A stretch of DNA of 52,653 bases from UHGV virus genome UHGV-0083175; one strand, given 5' to 3'. A model generated the notes under the pieces. It did no database searches and was not told the origin of the DNA. It saw only the letters and a program-made list of their open reading frames with translations. The stretch comes from a virus. A program made the translations under genes and the position numbers. The stretch's first letter is position 1, and every line of letters begins with the position of its first letter. Below, in pieces: positions 16,409 to 24,977 of the stretch.

Positions 16409-16654
16409 ATGTCAGAAATTACATCCCTGGTCACTGCTGAAGCAGTGAAGGACGTCCTGCGCTCTGAAGAAGTCCTGAGCGCACTGAAACAGAAACTTCG
16501 CCATAACCTGGAAGCGCGTCTTGATGCAGAAGTGGATGCCATTCTGGATGAACTGCTGGGCGCACCGGCAGTTCCGGAGCCGGAAGGTATCGCGGGTGAG
16601 GGGAGTGCTTCAGATGGCGGTGACCCCACACCTGACAGCGACATGATGATGTAA
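16409..16654 (+). CDS. Hypothetical acidic protein
   Basis: The ATG at 16409 gives [30 protein letters not shown]... (81 aa). The track ORF is extended upstream to 16235. Confidence 0.55.
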   Translation: MSEITSLVTAEAVKDVLRSEEVLSALKQKLRHNLEARLDAEVDAILDELLGAPAVPEPEGIAGEGSASDGGDPTPDSDMMM

Positions 16655-16730
16655 GCATGCGCAAGGGACCATCGGTGTGTGCCGGTGGTCTTTATATTGT
16701 TGTGAGCTTCCGGATTGCGGGAGACGGGGT

Positions 16731-16946
16731 ATGTACCAGATGGAAAAAATCACAACAGGTGTGTCATACACCACGTCAGCGGTGGGAACGGGCTACTGGT
16801 TCCTGCAGTTGCTGGACAGGGTTTCCCCGTCTCAGTGGGCGGCAATAGGCGTGCTGGGGAGTCTGCTGTTTGGGCTGCTGACATATCTGACGAACCTGTA
16901 TTTCAAAATTAAAGAAGACCGGCGTAAGGCGGCGCGGGGAGAGTAG
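16731..16946 (+). CDS. S: S21-type class II holin (pinholin), dual-start
   Basis: [71 protein letters not shown] matches the recalled phage 21/Stx-phage S. Met1 and Met4 form the dual-start motif. Confidence 0.9.
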   Translation: MYQMEKITTGVSYTTSAVGTGYWFLQLLDRVSPSQWAAIGVLGSLLFGLLTYLTNLYFKIKEDRRKAARGE

Positions 16947-16949
16947 ACG

Positions 16950-17741
16950 ATGAATAAACAATACGAACTGGTTGTTAAAGGGATAAATATTTACCCGGAT
17001 AAGATTACTGTTACTGTGGCGCTGGAAACTGGTGGGTATACGTCACTGTTGTTGCCAAATGTGGTGATTGATCTTGATCGTGTTGAAGGTGCCCCGCTGG
17101 AGTTTTACGAAGCTGAGGCGAAAAAGAAGGCGAAGCAGTTTTTCATGGATATTGCTGCCGGGTTATGTGAAGGGAACGAACCGTTGCCGGAAAAGCGCCT
17201 CTGTTCAGAAGAGCGGTATACCATACAAATTAACAATGCATATAACACGATACAGTCAGAAAAAGATGATATCGAATCACGCATTGAAAAACTGGAGAAC
17301 AGCGTCGTTGAACTGAATAAAAAACTGTCGGTGCAGATCCCTTCCGAAGGTGAAAAAAAACGCCGTGATGAGCAGTTCGCGGCGTTTTACGATTATTGCC
17401 GGAAAGTGATGAGCAGAAATCTCGCAGAGTGTTTCCGTATTCAAAAAAACAGAGAGCGCTCTGCAAATAGTGAGATTCTGGATAATTTTTTAAAGGGGAC
17501 GCATCTCGCCAGTGATTGTTTCATTGCTCATTCTTTTGGTGGCTTTCATGAGGCCATCAAACATGATGTTGAGAGAAGTCCAGGTATCCTCTGTTCCATT
17601 CCCGTAAGCATCGAAATAGACACAAATACGATAACCGGTGAACTCGTTACCGCCGGAGTCGGTATATTCCGTCATGAGGGGAACGATGCCAAAGGTTCCT
17701 TTACAAAAATCGGGCCGTTCTTTCTGAAGGTAGAGCGATAG
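16950..17741 (+). CDS. Hypothetical protein (inserted cassette, gene A)
   Basis: 263-aa ORF starting 3 nt after the holin stop, with a coiled-coil-like middle. The last ~84 codons are antisense to gene B and may be fortuitous. Confidence 0.45.
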   Translation: MNKQYELVVKGINIYPDKITVTVALETGGYTSLLLPNVVIDLDRVEGAPLEFYEAEAKKKAKQFFMDIAAGLCEGNEPLPEKRLCSEERYTIQINNAYNTIQSEKDDIESRIEKLENSVVELNKKLSVQIPSEGEKKRRDEQFAAFYDYCRKVMSRNLAECFRIQKNRERSANSEILDNFLKGTHLASDCFIAHSFGGFHEAIKHDVERSPGILCSIPVSIEIDTNTITGELVTAGVGIFRHEGNDAKGSFTKIGPFFLKVER

Positions 17742-18122
17742 TTTGTTAAGTACCCATCCGACAGCTCGCTCATTTTGGTTTATTTTCGTATCGCGAAACA
17801 AAAATTCGAAGCGGCCAGATGACGCATGGGTGCAACCAAATACCGGGGCGTATTCATCAACCTTTGGTGTTCCTGAAAACATGCAGTCCGTGCTCTCGAA
17901 TGCAGATGAATTGCTGTTGATCCACTTAACAAAAGAAAAAAAGGTCTGAATCGCTTGTCTGTCTGAATATTCAACAAAATCCTCAAGGTGTGTCTCGATC
18001 AGTTCCGGGTGTTTACGAAAGTCATAATATTGACCGGGACGATATTTATGAGTGGTTGTTTTATCCCATGGTTGTGCTCTGCGTCCCTGTAAACGGAGGT
18101 CTGCCGCTGGATAGATAAGCAT
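17490..18122 (-). CDS. Hypothetical protein (inserted cassette, gene B)
   Basis: 210-aa ORF. The ATG at 18122 follows a GGAGA RBS. The sequence looks globular and no family was recognised. It is oriented against the late operon. Confidence 0.6.
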   Translation of the reverse strand: MLIYPAADLRLQGRRAQPWDKTTTHKYRPGQYYDFRKHPELIETHLEDFVEYSDRQAIQTFFSFVKWINSNSSAFESTDCMFSGTPKVDEYAPVFGCTHASSGRFEFLFRDTKINQNERAVGWVLNKLSLYLQKERPDFCKGTFGIVPLMTEYTDSGGNEFTGYRICVYFDAYGNGTEDTWTSLNIMFDGLMKATKRMSNETITGEMRPL

Positions 18123-18252
18123 AAGTAATCTCCTGGTGGAATGTAATCCACGATCATCCGGGGAAATTAAGAACCCGCCAGTGCCCACCACTGGTGGGGT
18201 GAAGGCTTAACATATCCAGGGATTCGGAACCGATAAATCCTGATAAATATCC

Positions 18253-18786
18253 ATGAACACCAAAATAAAATACGGCCTGTCGGCTGCCGTTCTGGCGCTG
18301 ATTGCCGCAGGGGCGCCTGCGCCTGATATTCTCGACCAGTTTCTGGATGAAAAAGAAGGTAACCACACCACGGCATACCGTGATGGTGCGGGTATCTGGA
18401 CCATTTGTCGTGGTGCCACCAGGGTGGATGGCAAACCTGTCGTCCCGGGCATGAAGTTGTCGAAGAAAAAATGCGACCAGGTTAACGCCATTGAGCGTGA
18501 TAAGGCGCTGGCATGGGTGGAGAAAAACATCCGGGTGCCACTGACCGAACCCCAGAAAGCGGGGATCGCGTCATTCTGCCCGTATAACATTGGCCCCGGT
18601 AAGTGTTTCCCGTCGACGTTTTATAAACGAATTAATGCAGGCGATCGCAGGGGAGCGTGTGAAGCGATTCGCTGGTGGATTAAGGACGGTGGCAGGGACT
18701 GCCGTATCCGCTCAAATAATTGTTATGGTCAGGTATCCCGTCGTGACCAGGAGAGCGCGCTGGCGTGCTGGGGTATCGACAGATAA
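18253..18786 (+). CDS. R: SAR endolysin (R21-type lysozyme)
   Basis: An N-terminal signal-anchor-release segment KYGLSAAVLALIAAGA, followed by a lysozyme core (EG....AY.D..GIWTICRG). 177 aa. Confidence 0.9.
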   Translation: MNTKIKYGLSAAVLALIAAGAPAPDILDQFLDEKEGNHTTAYRDGAGIWTICRGATRVDGKPVVPGMKLSKKKCDQVNAIERDKALAWVEKNIRVPLTEPQKAGIASFCPYNIGPGKCFPSTFYKRINAGDRRGACEAIRWWIKDGGRDCRIRSNNCYGQVSRRDQESALACWGIDR

Positions 18787-18876
18787 GCAGAATATTTTGC
18801 TGAAAAATGAGGTTTGCTTACATGGACGGATAACACGAAATCCTGCGAACTGGCAAAATGTAAGTGAATAAAAGTA

Positions 18877-18909
18877 AAAACCCCGTTTGTTGGCAGCAAG
18901 CGGGGTTTT
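18877..18909. terminator. Bidirectional-looking intrinsic terminator inside the lysis cassette
   Basis: aaaaCCCCG-15 nt-CGGGGtttt, flanked by an A-run upstream and a T-run downstream. Confidence 0.55.
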
Positions 18910-19006
18910 GTGTTTCTGACCTTGGATAAGGCAAGGGAGAAATTATGGGTAGGGAGGTGCTTTCCCTGTGAGGAAGTATAAAAGATTCTTTCTGAGGTTG
19001 TCCATT

Positions 19007-19120
19007 ATGAAAGGCATTGAAGTGGAGACGCCAGCCAGTCTGGATTTAACAAGAGCGGCAGCTTTTGCCATTCGTATTGTGGCCATTGCTGTTCTGGTCT
19101 GGGCAATCCGTTGGTGGTGA
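19007..19120 (+). CDS. Putative 37-aa membrane peptide upstream of Rz
   Basis: [37 protein letters not shown], with GAGG 9 nt upstream. Its stop is 1 nt before the Rz ATG. Confidence 0.35.
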   Translation: MKGIEVETPASLDLTRAAAFAIRIVAIAVLVWAIRWW

Positions 19121-19121
19121 T

Positions 19122-19589
19122 ATGAACCGTGTTCTGTGTGTGGTGATTATTGTCCTGCTGGTAGCCTGTGGTGTGCTTAGTCTGGGGCTGAATCATTACT
19201 GCGATAACGCCATCACCTATAAAGCGCAGCGCGATAAAAAAGCCAGAGAGCTGGAGCTGGCAAACGCAACCATTACTGACATGCAGCAGCGCCAGCGTGA
19301 TGTTGCAGCGCTCGATGCCAGATACTCGAGGGAATTAGCCGATGCGAGAGCTGAAAATGAAACTCTGCGTGCTGACGTTGCCGCTGGTCACCGCAGCCTG
19401 CGGATCAACGCCACCTGTCCAGGTCCCGTGCGTGAAGCCACCGGCACCTCCGGTGTGGATAATGCAACCGGGCCCCGACTGGCAGACACCGCTGAACGGG
19501 ATTATTTCATCCTCAGAGAACGGTTGATGACAATGCAGAAGCAGCTGGAAGGGGCGCAGGAATATATCCGCACTCAGTGTATTAACTAG
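19122..19589 (+). CDS. Rz: i-spanin Rz
   Basis: N-terminal TM segment [19 protein letters not shown] and a coiled-coil periplasmic domain. It contains the embedded Rz1. Confidence 0.85.
   Translation: MNRVLCVVIIVLLVACGVLSLGLNHYCDNAITYKAQRDKKARELELANATITDMQQRQRDVAALDARYSRELADARAENETLRADVAAGHRSLRINATCPGPVREATGTSGVDNATGPRLADTAERDYFILRERLMTMQKQLEGAQEYIRTQCIN
19342..19527 (+). CDS. Rz1: o-spanin Rz1 (embedded lipoprotein)
   Basis: +1-frame ORF inside Rz with lipobox LVTAAC and a proline-rich mature region. Confidence 0.8.
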   Translation: MRELKMKLCVLTLPLVTAACGSTPPVQVPCVKPPAPPVWIMQPGPDWQTPLNGIISSSENG

Positions 19590-19612
19590 TATTTTTGTTA
19601 TCCGGAGGATGC

Positions 19613-19837
19613 ATGAAGAAATTACTGGTAACCGTAAAGCCTTTTCAGGGAACAATTCCGTTCCGTATTTTGCAGCGTGGTCGTGTTCTTGTTGAAGGTT
19701 CGTTCAGTGGTAAATGTACGCAATTACACTCCCGGACCTTTCAGGTGAATGCCACGAATGAAGAGCTAACCGTTGAGTGTACGATGAATGCCGCTAAATG
19801 CCGTATGGTATCGGCTGCATTACAGCCAGTGTGTTGA
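19613..19837 (+). CDS. Hypothetical protein
   Basis: The ATG at 19613 follows GGAGG; 74 aa. Confidence 0.45.
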   Translation: MKKLLVTVKPFQGTIPFRILQRGRVLVEGSFSGKCTQLHSRTFQVNATNEELTVECTMNAAKCRMVSAALQPVC

Positions 19838-20175
19838 GCGACCTTATTATCCATGCGCGGTATTGTCGCCGTATTCCCGTATTAACAGAGACCGCAGCCC
19901 GACAGGGAGACTCCTCTGCGCGAGTGTGCGGGGATAATCAAAAACGATACACACCGGGGTTTACCGCGTTAACGGAGCGCGGCGTTGTCCTCTCATGGTC
20001 GCTGGTCCGGTGCGATGGTGGAAGAAACCTGACGATGTGTTACCTCACAAGACCTGTTATGTCATGTGTCTGATTTGTGATTTAAGTCGGATAATTGTCG
20101 TTGCCATTAAGCAGAGGATTGATGGCCGACAGGGTGGCATTGTTAGAATAAGACTTATTCTTATCTGTGCCGGGA

Positions 20176-20508
20176 ATGAAAATGAAAAGAAATCTTCCGT
20201 TAATTATTTTGTTGTCTTCTCTGGTTATGGGCTGTACGCAACATAAAACAGATATGCCCCGACAGTTGGTTAAGGCATTACCACAATATCCGGCCTATGC
20301 AGCGGCAAATTATATAAAGGGACGGGTTGATGTGAAGTTTGATATTGGTGCTGATGGTACTGTCACCCGAATTGAGTTTATCCGTTCAGAGCCGCACCAT
20401 CTGTTTGATGAGCAGGTTGTAAAGGCGATGGCAAAATGGCGATTTGAGAAGGACAGGCCGCGTAAAGGCGTGAAGAAAACGTTTATCTTTAGTCCTTCTG
20501 CACCCTGA
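20176..20508 (+). CDS. Lipoprotein carrying a TonB C-terminal-like domain
   Basis: Lipobox LVMGC. The stretch ..LPQYPAYAAANYIKGRVDVKFDIGADGTVTRIEFIRSEPHHLFDEQVVKAMAKWRFE parallels the recalled TonB_C motif P.YP..A.....G.V.V.F.V...G.V.....S.P...F...A..A...W.F. Confidence 0.8.
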   Translation: MKMKRNLPLIILLSSLVMGCTQHKTDMPRQLVKALPQYPAYAAANYIKGRVDVKFDIGADGTVTRIEFIRSEPHHLFDEQVVKAMAKWRFEKDRPRKGVKKTFIFSPSAP

Positions 20509-20639
20509 TTATTTCATCAGAAATTAATTATCACTCTGTTGTTATTCTGTACATCCCGGCTGGGTAAGTCTTGTTCCGCCGGGTATGAAGATGAAATATT
20601 GTTGGAGGACAGTGGGTACCTGCTCCTGTAACCGAACGT

Positions 20640-20840
20640 TCATTTCTCGTTATTTGTCATGCTGGCCGGACGCAGATGCGTTGCATCTGTTGCCAGCCTT
20701 CTCCTGCAGGCTTCAATAACCCACGCTGAAAAGTTACCGGACCCTTTATGCTCAAGGGCGATGTTGATCTGTTCAATCATGTGATTGGGGAAACGGATAT
20801 TGCGGGTTGTGGTTCTGCGGGTCCGGTTTTTCGATGACAT
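20640..20840 (-). CDS. YlcI/YnfO-family (DUF3950) small RHH-like protein
   Basis: MSSKNRTRRTTTRNIRFPNHMIEQINIALEHKGSGNFSAWVIEACRRRL matches recalled DLP12 YlcI. Confidence 0.8.
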   Translation of the reverse strand: MSSKNRTRRTTTRNIRFPNHMIEQINIALEHKGSGNFSAWVIEACRRRLATDATHLRPASMTNNEK

Positions 20841-20881
20841 ATTTATTTCCTTTACTGATTGCCATATGACGGGGATTTTAC

Positions 20882-21247
20882 ATGGCTGAGCTTCGTACAC
20901 TCCAGAGCAGAATCAAAACACTGAATACCCGACGGGTGAATATTCTGAAGGGTGAACAGCGTCGTGTCAGTGGCAGTGCACGTGTTTCCCTCAAGCGTCA
21001 TATCTGGCTCAGGGATGCCGGGCAGTGCTGTCTCTGTGGTCGTGTGGTTGACCTCTGTGACAGTGAACTCGATCACCGAATTGCACTTCAGTTCGGTGGT
21101 GGTAATGAGGAGACGAATCTCTGGACGCTCTGTACCGAATGCCATCGACAAAAGTCTGCTCGTGAAGCGGCGGGTGGTATGCCGGACCCGACGCTGCCGG
21201 AGGTGTCCGGAGGTAGTGGCAGAGCGGACGACATCATCGGACTGTAA
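20882..21247 (+). CDS. HNH endonuclease (packaging-associated)
   Basis: C.LCG.......ELDH.......G...NL..LC..CH..K pattern, located immediately upstream of cos and terS. Confidence 0.85.
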   Translation: MAELRTLQSRIKTLNTRRVNILKGEQRRVSGSARVSLKRHIWLRDAGQCCLCGRVVDLCDSELDHRIALQFGGGNEETNLWTLCTECHRQKSAREAAGGMPDPTLPEVSGGSGRADDIIGL

Positions 21248-21249
21248 CC

Positions 21250-21320
21250 CGACCGGGGGGGGGGAATCATTCGGGGTAAAAAACGATCGCTCCGGACACC
21301 CCCCCCCCTCTCACCCAGAG
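21250..21320. other. Helper cos region (predicted cosN)
   Basis: G10 (21255-21264) ... CGATCGCTCCGGACACC ... C10 (21299-21308), between the HNH and terS genes. A homologous copy lies at 30051-30115. Confidence 0.5.
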
Positions 21321-21342
21321 AAAAAATTCCCGTTTCAGGTCA

Positions 21343-21462
21343 GTTAACATGTTAACTGGCTTCACGGGCATTTTTGCAGTTTTTATCTTTATTATTCAGT
21401 TTGTTGCGCGGAAAAAATGTTAACAGGCTTTTTCAGCAAATGTTAACCAGGCAGCAGTTAAC
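21343..21462. repeat. Five ATGTTAAC/GTTAACAT repeats (cosB-like TerS-binding sites, predicted)
   Basis: GTTAAC at 21343, 21351, 21419, 21442 and 21457, lying between cos and terS. Confidence 0.55.
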
Positions 21463-21538
21463 ATTTGCGGCATGAGACGCCGGGAAAAATGGGCTGAACC
21501 ATACCCGGCTGAGTGCATTCTGGACCCGGGAGGAGGCT

Positions 21539-22102
21539 GTGCTGACAACGCAAAAACGAAAATTTGCGCTGGCGCTCATGTCCGGGAAAAACAAAACAGC
21601 GTCAGCCATTGCCGCCGGTTATTCGGCGAAGACAGCCAGGGTTAAAGGCTCGCAGCTGGCAAAAGATCCGGAGGTGCTCGCGTTTATAGCCCGTAAGCAG
21701 TGCGAGACGGTAGAGGTGGATGAGGTTCCTGTTTACCGGCAGAAAAAATCAGAGCAGGAGGATAAACCCCGTCGCCGTGAGGCGGCTGCAATACCACAGC
21801 CGGACGAAACAAATCCGGAGATGCCTCTGCCCGTGGTGATATCTCCTGGTATTGAGTATATGGATGACGGTCTTCCCGATCCGGTGAAAGCGATGGGGCG
21901 TCTTCTGGTGGAGAACATTAATACCGACCCCAGGCTGGCGCTGGATGTGGCTTATAAGCTGGCACAGTTCACGCACCACAAAAAAGGGGATGCCGGTAAA
22001 AAATCGGCAAAAGGTGACGCGGCGAAAAAAGCGGCTAACCGTTTTGCGGTGCCACCACCCCCCCGACTGGTGGTGAATAATGATAATGAGGGCAGCGGAT
22101 GA
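21539..22102 (+). CDS. terS: Terminase small subunit (P27 family)
   Basis: N-terminal HTH QKRKFALALMSGKNKTASAIAAGYSAKTARVKGSQLAKDPEV. Its stop overlaps the terL start. Confidence 0.85.
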   Translation: MLTTQKRKFALALMSGKNKTASAIAAGYSAKTARVKGSQLAKDPEVLAFIARKQCETVEVDEVPVYRQKKSEQEDKPRRREAAAIPQPDETNPEMPLPVVISPGIEYMDDGLPDPVKAMGRLLVENINTDPRLALDVAYKLAQFTHHKKGDAGKKSAKGDAAKKAANRFAVPPPPRLVVNNDNEGSG

Positions 22103-22380
22103 TACCTGTGTGGAGCACGGCCTGCCCGGACTGGGCAGAGCGCCTGAAAAAGGGGCTGTCGATTATTCCGGCTCCGATTTACCCGGACCAGGCCGCACAT
22201 GCCCTGGCGATTTTTAAACAACTGCGGATTGTGGATGCACCGGGCAGCCCGACGTTCGGGGAGTCCTGTGCACCGTGGGTGTTTGATCTGGTGGCTGCCC
22301 TGTTTGGCTCCTACGATGCGCAGACCGGTGTACGCCATATAAAGGAAGTGTTCATTCTGATACCGAAAAATAATAGATAA
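22099..22380 (+). pseudogene. terL: Terminase large subunit, 5' fragment (interrupted by the island)
   Basis: The TerL N-terminus ends ..IKEVFILIPKNNR*. The reading frame breaks inside the P-loop at the island junction. Confidence 0.85.
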
Positions 22381-22381
22381 T

Positions 22382-22415
22382 AAAAAAACAAATAAAGTGT
22401 TTATTTGTTTTTTTC
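22382..22415. terminator. AT-rich hairpin terminator at the island left junction
   Basis: AACAAATAAA-gtg-TTTATTTGTT flanked by A- and T-runs. Confidence 0.45.
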
Positions 22416-22543
22416 TACGTTTTATCAAATAGTTATGGTTATCTTTGCTCTATGTTTTTATGTGTTGCTAACGGCAGATTTTAACGCTTTGTTGTTGACA
22501 TGGACTAACCGATGAACCATAAACTTTATCTGTAGGGGCATTT

Positions 22544-23779
22544 ATGCTAATCAAACCGTTAAGCCATGTTGAAGTAAAGAACGCAAAACCAAAGGATAAA
22601 GATTACTCGCTTCATGATGGATTTGGGTTGTTGTTATATGTTTCAAGAAAAGGCTGTAAAACATGGCGTTTCAGGTATCAGCACCCCGACACCAAAAAAA
22701 GACAAACGCTTACCATTGGTCGTTATCCAGATTATTCAATAGCTGAGGCAAGAGAGGAAAGGGATAAAGCAAGGAAATTACTTTCAAGAGGTGTGGATCC
22801 TAATGAGTCTAAGCGCAAGGCAAAATCTGAACGAATTATGCTGAGGTCACAGACCTTTGAAAAAATAACAAATAACTGGTTTGAATTGTATTTAAAGGGA
22901 AGCAGAAGGGAAAATACAGTAAAAACAGTTAGCAGAGTTATTAAAGTTTATATTATTCCTGATTTTGGGGGTTGGACGATTTATGATATACGTGCTGATA
23001 ATGTATTGTCAGTTATTAGAAAATATGACGAAACGCCTGCACAGCAACGAAAAATAGTACAGGTTATGCGTCTTGTTATGGATTATGCCGTGAATGCTGG
23101 AATTGTTCAGTTTAATCCGTTGTCTCGTATTCATAAAGCGCTTCCACCTATGGAAGAGAAAAGCTTTAAGGCGCTGCCCATAGAAAGATTACCCGCTTTT
23201 CTTAATTGGCTTGAGTCAGAAAGTTGTCATCCATCAATAACATATGGTCTTCTTTTTATGATGCTGACAATGACCAGACCTAACGAGGCATTAGGTGCCA
23301 AATGGTCAGAACTGGACGTTGACAGAAAACTATGGACCATTCCAGCAGAGAGGATGAAGGGGAAAAGAGAACACATTATTCCTTTATCTTTACAGGCTGT
23401 TGAAGTGATAATGCGAATGAGAAAAATAAAACAAAGTGAGTATGTTTTTTTTGGTGCTCATTCAGTTGCAAAGGCAATAACGAGAGATGCTATTGTCAGT
23501 AGGGTTAATAAAAGCGAGTTTGCAAAGGAAATGACAGTACACGGATTCAGGTCAATGTGGAGCACATTACTCAATGAAGAGGGATTTAACCCCGATGTTA
23601 TAGAGGCTGCACTTGCACATAAGAGCGGAAATACTGTAAGGGATATTTATAACAGGACGTCATATATTGAACAGCGGGTAATAATGATGCAATGGATAGG
23701 TGATTTTGTCGATTCTGCAAGACGTGGGGTTATTGTTAGGACGCATGGTAAACGCGGTTTAAAATTGGTAAATGAATAA
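22544..23779 (+). CDS. int: Tyrosine integrase (P4-type, N-terminal DUF4102 arm-binding domain)
   Basis: ..KDKDYSLHDGFGLLLYVSRKGCKTWRFRY... N-terminus. The catalytic region has ..HGFRS.. and ..LAH.....VR..Y. Confidence 0.9.
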   Translation: MLIKPLSHVEVKNAKPKDKDYSLHDGFGLLLYVSRKGCKTWRFRYQHPDTKKRQTLTIGRYPDYSIAEAREERDKARKLLSRGVDPNESKRKAKSERIMLRSQTFEKITNNWFELYLKGSRRENTVKTVSRVIKVYIIPDFGGWTIYDIRADNVLSVIRKYDETPAQQRKIVQVMRLVMDYAVNAGIVQFNPLSRIHKALPPMEEKSFKALPIERLPAFLNWLESESCHPSITYGLLFMMLTMTRPNEALGAKWSELDVDRKLWTIPAERMKGKREHIIPLSLQAVEVIMRMRKIKQSEYVFFGAHSVAKAITRDAIVSRVNKSEFAKEMTVHGFRSMWSTLLNEEGFNPDVIEAALAHKSGNTVRDIYNRTSYIEQRVIMMQWIGDFVDSARRGVIVRTHGKRGLKLVNE

Positions 23780-23791
23780 GGTGTACAATAT

Positions 23792-23998
23792 ATGAATGAT
23801 ATAAATAATAGTCAGATTTTGTTGCGTGATGATGTGATGAAAAAATTGCGATACAACAACGCGGCTGCTTTTCATATGTTTTTTAACAGAACGCCGGACT
23901 TTCCAAAGCCCTTCAAGATAGGCCGTCGCAATGCCTGGTATGAAGAGGATGTGCAAAATTGGCTTGATGAACAGCGAAGAAAAGCCCTTGAGGAGTGA
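23792..23998 (+). CDS. alpA: AlpA-family regulator/excisionase
   Basis: 68 aa, located just downstream of int. The pattern ..FPKPFKIGRRNAWYEEDVQNWL is AlpA-like. Confidence 0.75.
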   Translation: MNDINNSQILLRDDVMKKLRYNNAAAFHMFFNRTPDFPKPFKIGRRNAWYEEDVQNWLDEQRRKALEE

Positions 23999-24056
23999 AC
24001 GTAAAAGAACAGGCGTCCTTAAAGGTCGCCTGTTATGTAGTAGTGGAATATTACAA

Positions 24057-24419
24057 TCATGTTTTTTTTGATGCTATGTAAGCAAGAATGCACGGTTCCT
24101 TTGCCAGTTGTGACCCTTTCGATCTGGCTGTTTTCGCACTGTATCCAGCAAGAATAGCGCACTGTGTCTGATTCAGCCCTTTCATCATGTAATCAGCAAA
24201 TTTCTTTTTTTGCTTCGTCAGCTTGTTTGTTTGGTCGTTTTTATCATCGTTTGCGGTAAAAACATTAGATGTGGTCTTAAGCTGATGTTTACAGGCTTCA
24301 ATTACCCACGATGAGAAGTTGGAGTGCGCTTTATCTCTTTCTATGCGTTTTTCAATATCAGCTAATAAGTCAGGCGGGAAGCGGATCCCCTTAAGTATCG
24401 CTTTGCGTGTTTTGTCCAT
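24057..24419 (-). CDS. Fusion of a YlcI-like RHH domain and a TerS-type N-terminal HTH
   Basis: N-terminus ..GIRFPPDLLADIEKRIERDKAHSNFSSWVIEACKHQL (compare 20640-20840). C-terminus KQKKKFADYMMKGLNQTQCAILAGYSAKTARSKGSQLAKEP (compare the terS N-terminus). Confidence 0.7.
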   Translation of the reverse strand: MDKTRKAILKGIRFPPDLLADIEKRIERDKAHSNFSSWVIEACKHQLKTTSNVFTANDDKNDQTNKLTKQKKKFADYMMKGLNQTQCAILAGYSAKTARSKGSQLAKEPCILAYIASKKT

Positions 24420-24439
24420 TCATGGCCCCAAAATAAGTA

Positions 24440-24535
24440 GTGTTAACTTGTTACTATTTAACAGTTTTTGAGGGTGTGTTAAACAAAAAACTGGTTTGTG
24501 TTTAACGAAAATCGCTTCGTGTTAAACACGTTGCC
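24440..24535. promoter_or_regulatory. GTTAAC / TGTTAAACA repeat cluster (operator-like)
   Basis: GTTAAC at 24442, followed by three TGTTAAAC(A)/GTTTAACA copies upstream of the RHH-HTH gene. Confidence 0.45.
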
Positions 24536-24593
24536 TAGTTAGTGGGGACAGATGACGAGTTGATCAAACCTGCCGGATAACAGGCAAAGAAAA

Positions 24594-24620
24594 GGCCACC
24601 TGTCACGGTGGCCCTTCGAC
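24594..24620 (-). terminator. Intrinsic terminator of the leftward regulatory operon
   Basis: Read on the minus strand: GGCCACCG-tgaca-GGTGGCC followed by TTTTCTTT. Confidence 0.5.
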
Positions 24621-24692
24621 ACAAATTTCGCGTTATCCCCAACGCATGAGCATCGCCGACAATGCCACATTTACGGCTGGTGGACAAGGCTA

Positions 24693-24920
24693 TCAGCCAG
24701 GCGGTCGGTTTTTAGTGGCTTTTAACCGCCGTGGGTATTTCTCGACAAAATCTTCAAGGGCAAATTTTTCTGGTGGCATTAAGCGCGGCGCTGGTGGTGG
24801 TATTTTTGTTCTGGTTAGTTCTTCCTCAACTCTGGCGCAGGCTTCTGACTGCCTTTGCCGGATGATTTCATCATCTTGCGTTTGCGTGTCTTGTATTGGT
24901 GATAGTGTGTTGTTGGTCAT
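24693..24920 (-). CDS. Hypothetical protein
   Basis: 75-aa ORF downstream of the RHH gene on the minus strand. Confidence 0.4.
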   Translation of the reverse strand: MTNNTLSPIQDTQTQDDEIIRQRQSEACARVEEELTRTKIPPPAPRLMPPEKFALEDFVEKYPRRLKATKNRPPG

Positions 24921-24977
24921 GATACTGCCCTGTAAAGCAATGCGCCGTAGTACCTCACACCACGGCGCTGATAGTGA

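Noticed and set aside
19838-20166. ORFs 19798-20073 and 19995-20246 in the gap after the lysis genes
   Set aside because: They overlap one another, have no RBS and show unremarkable composition. The region may hold decayed gene remnants, but I could not support any call, including a bor-like gene.
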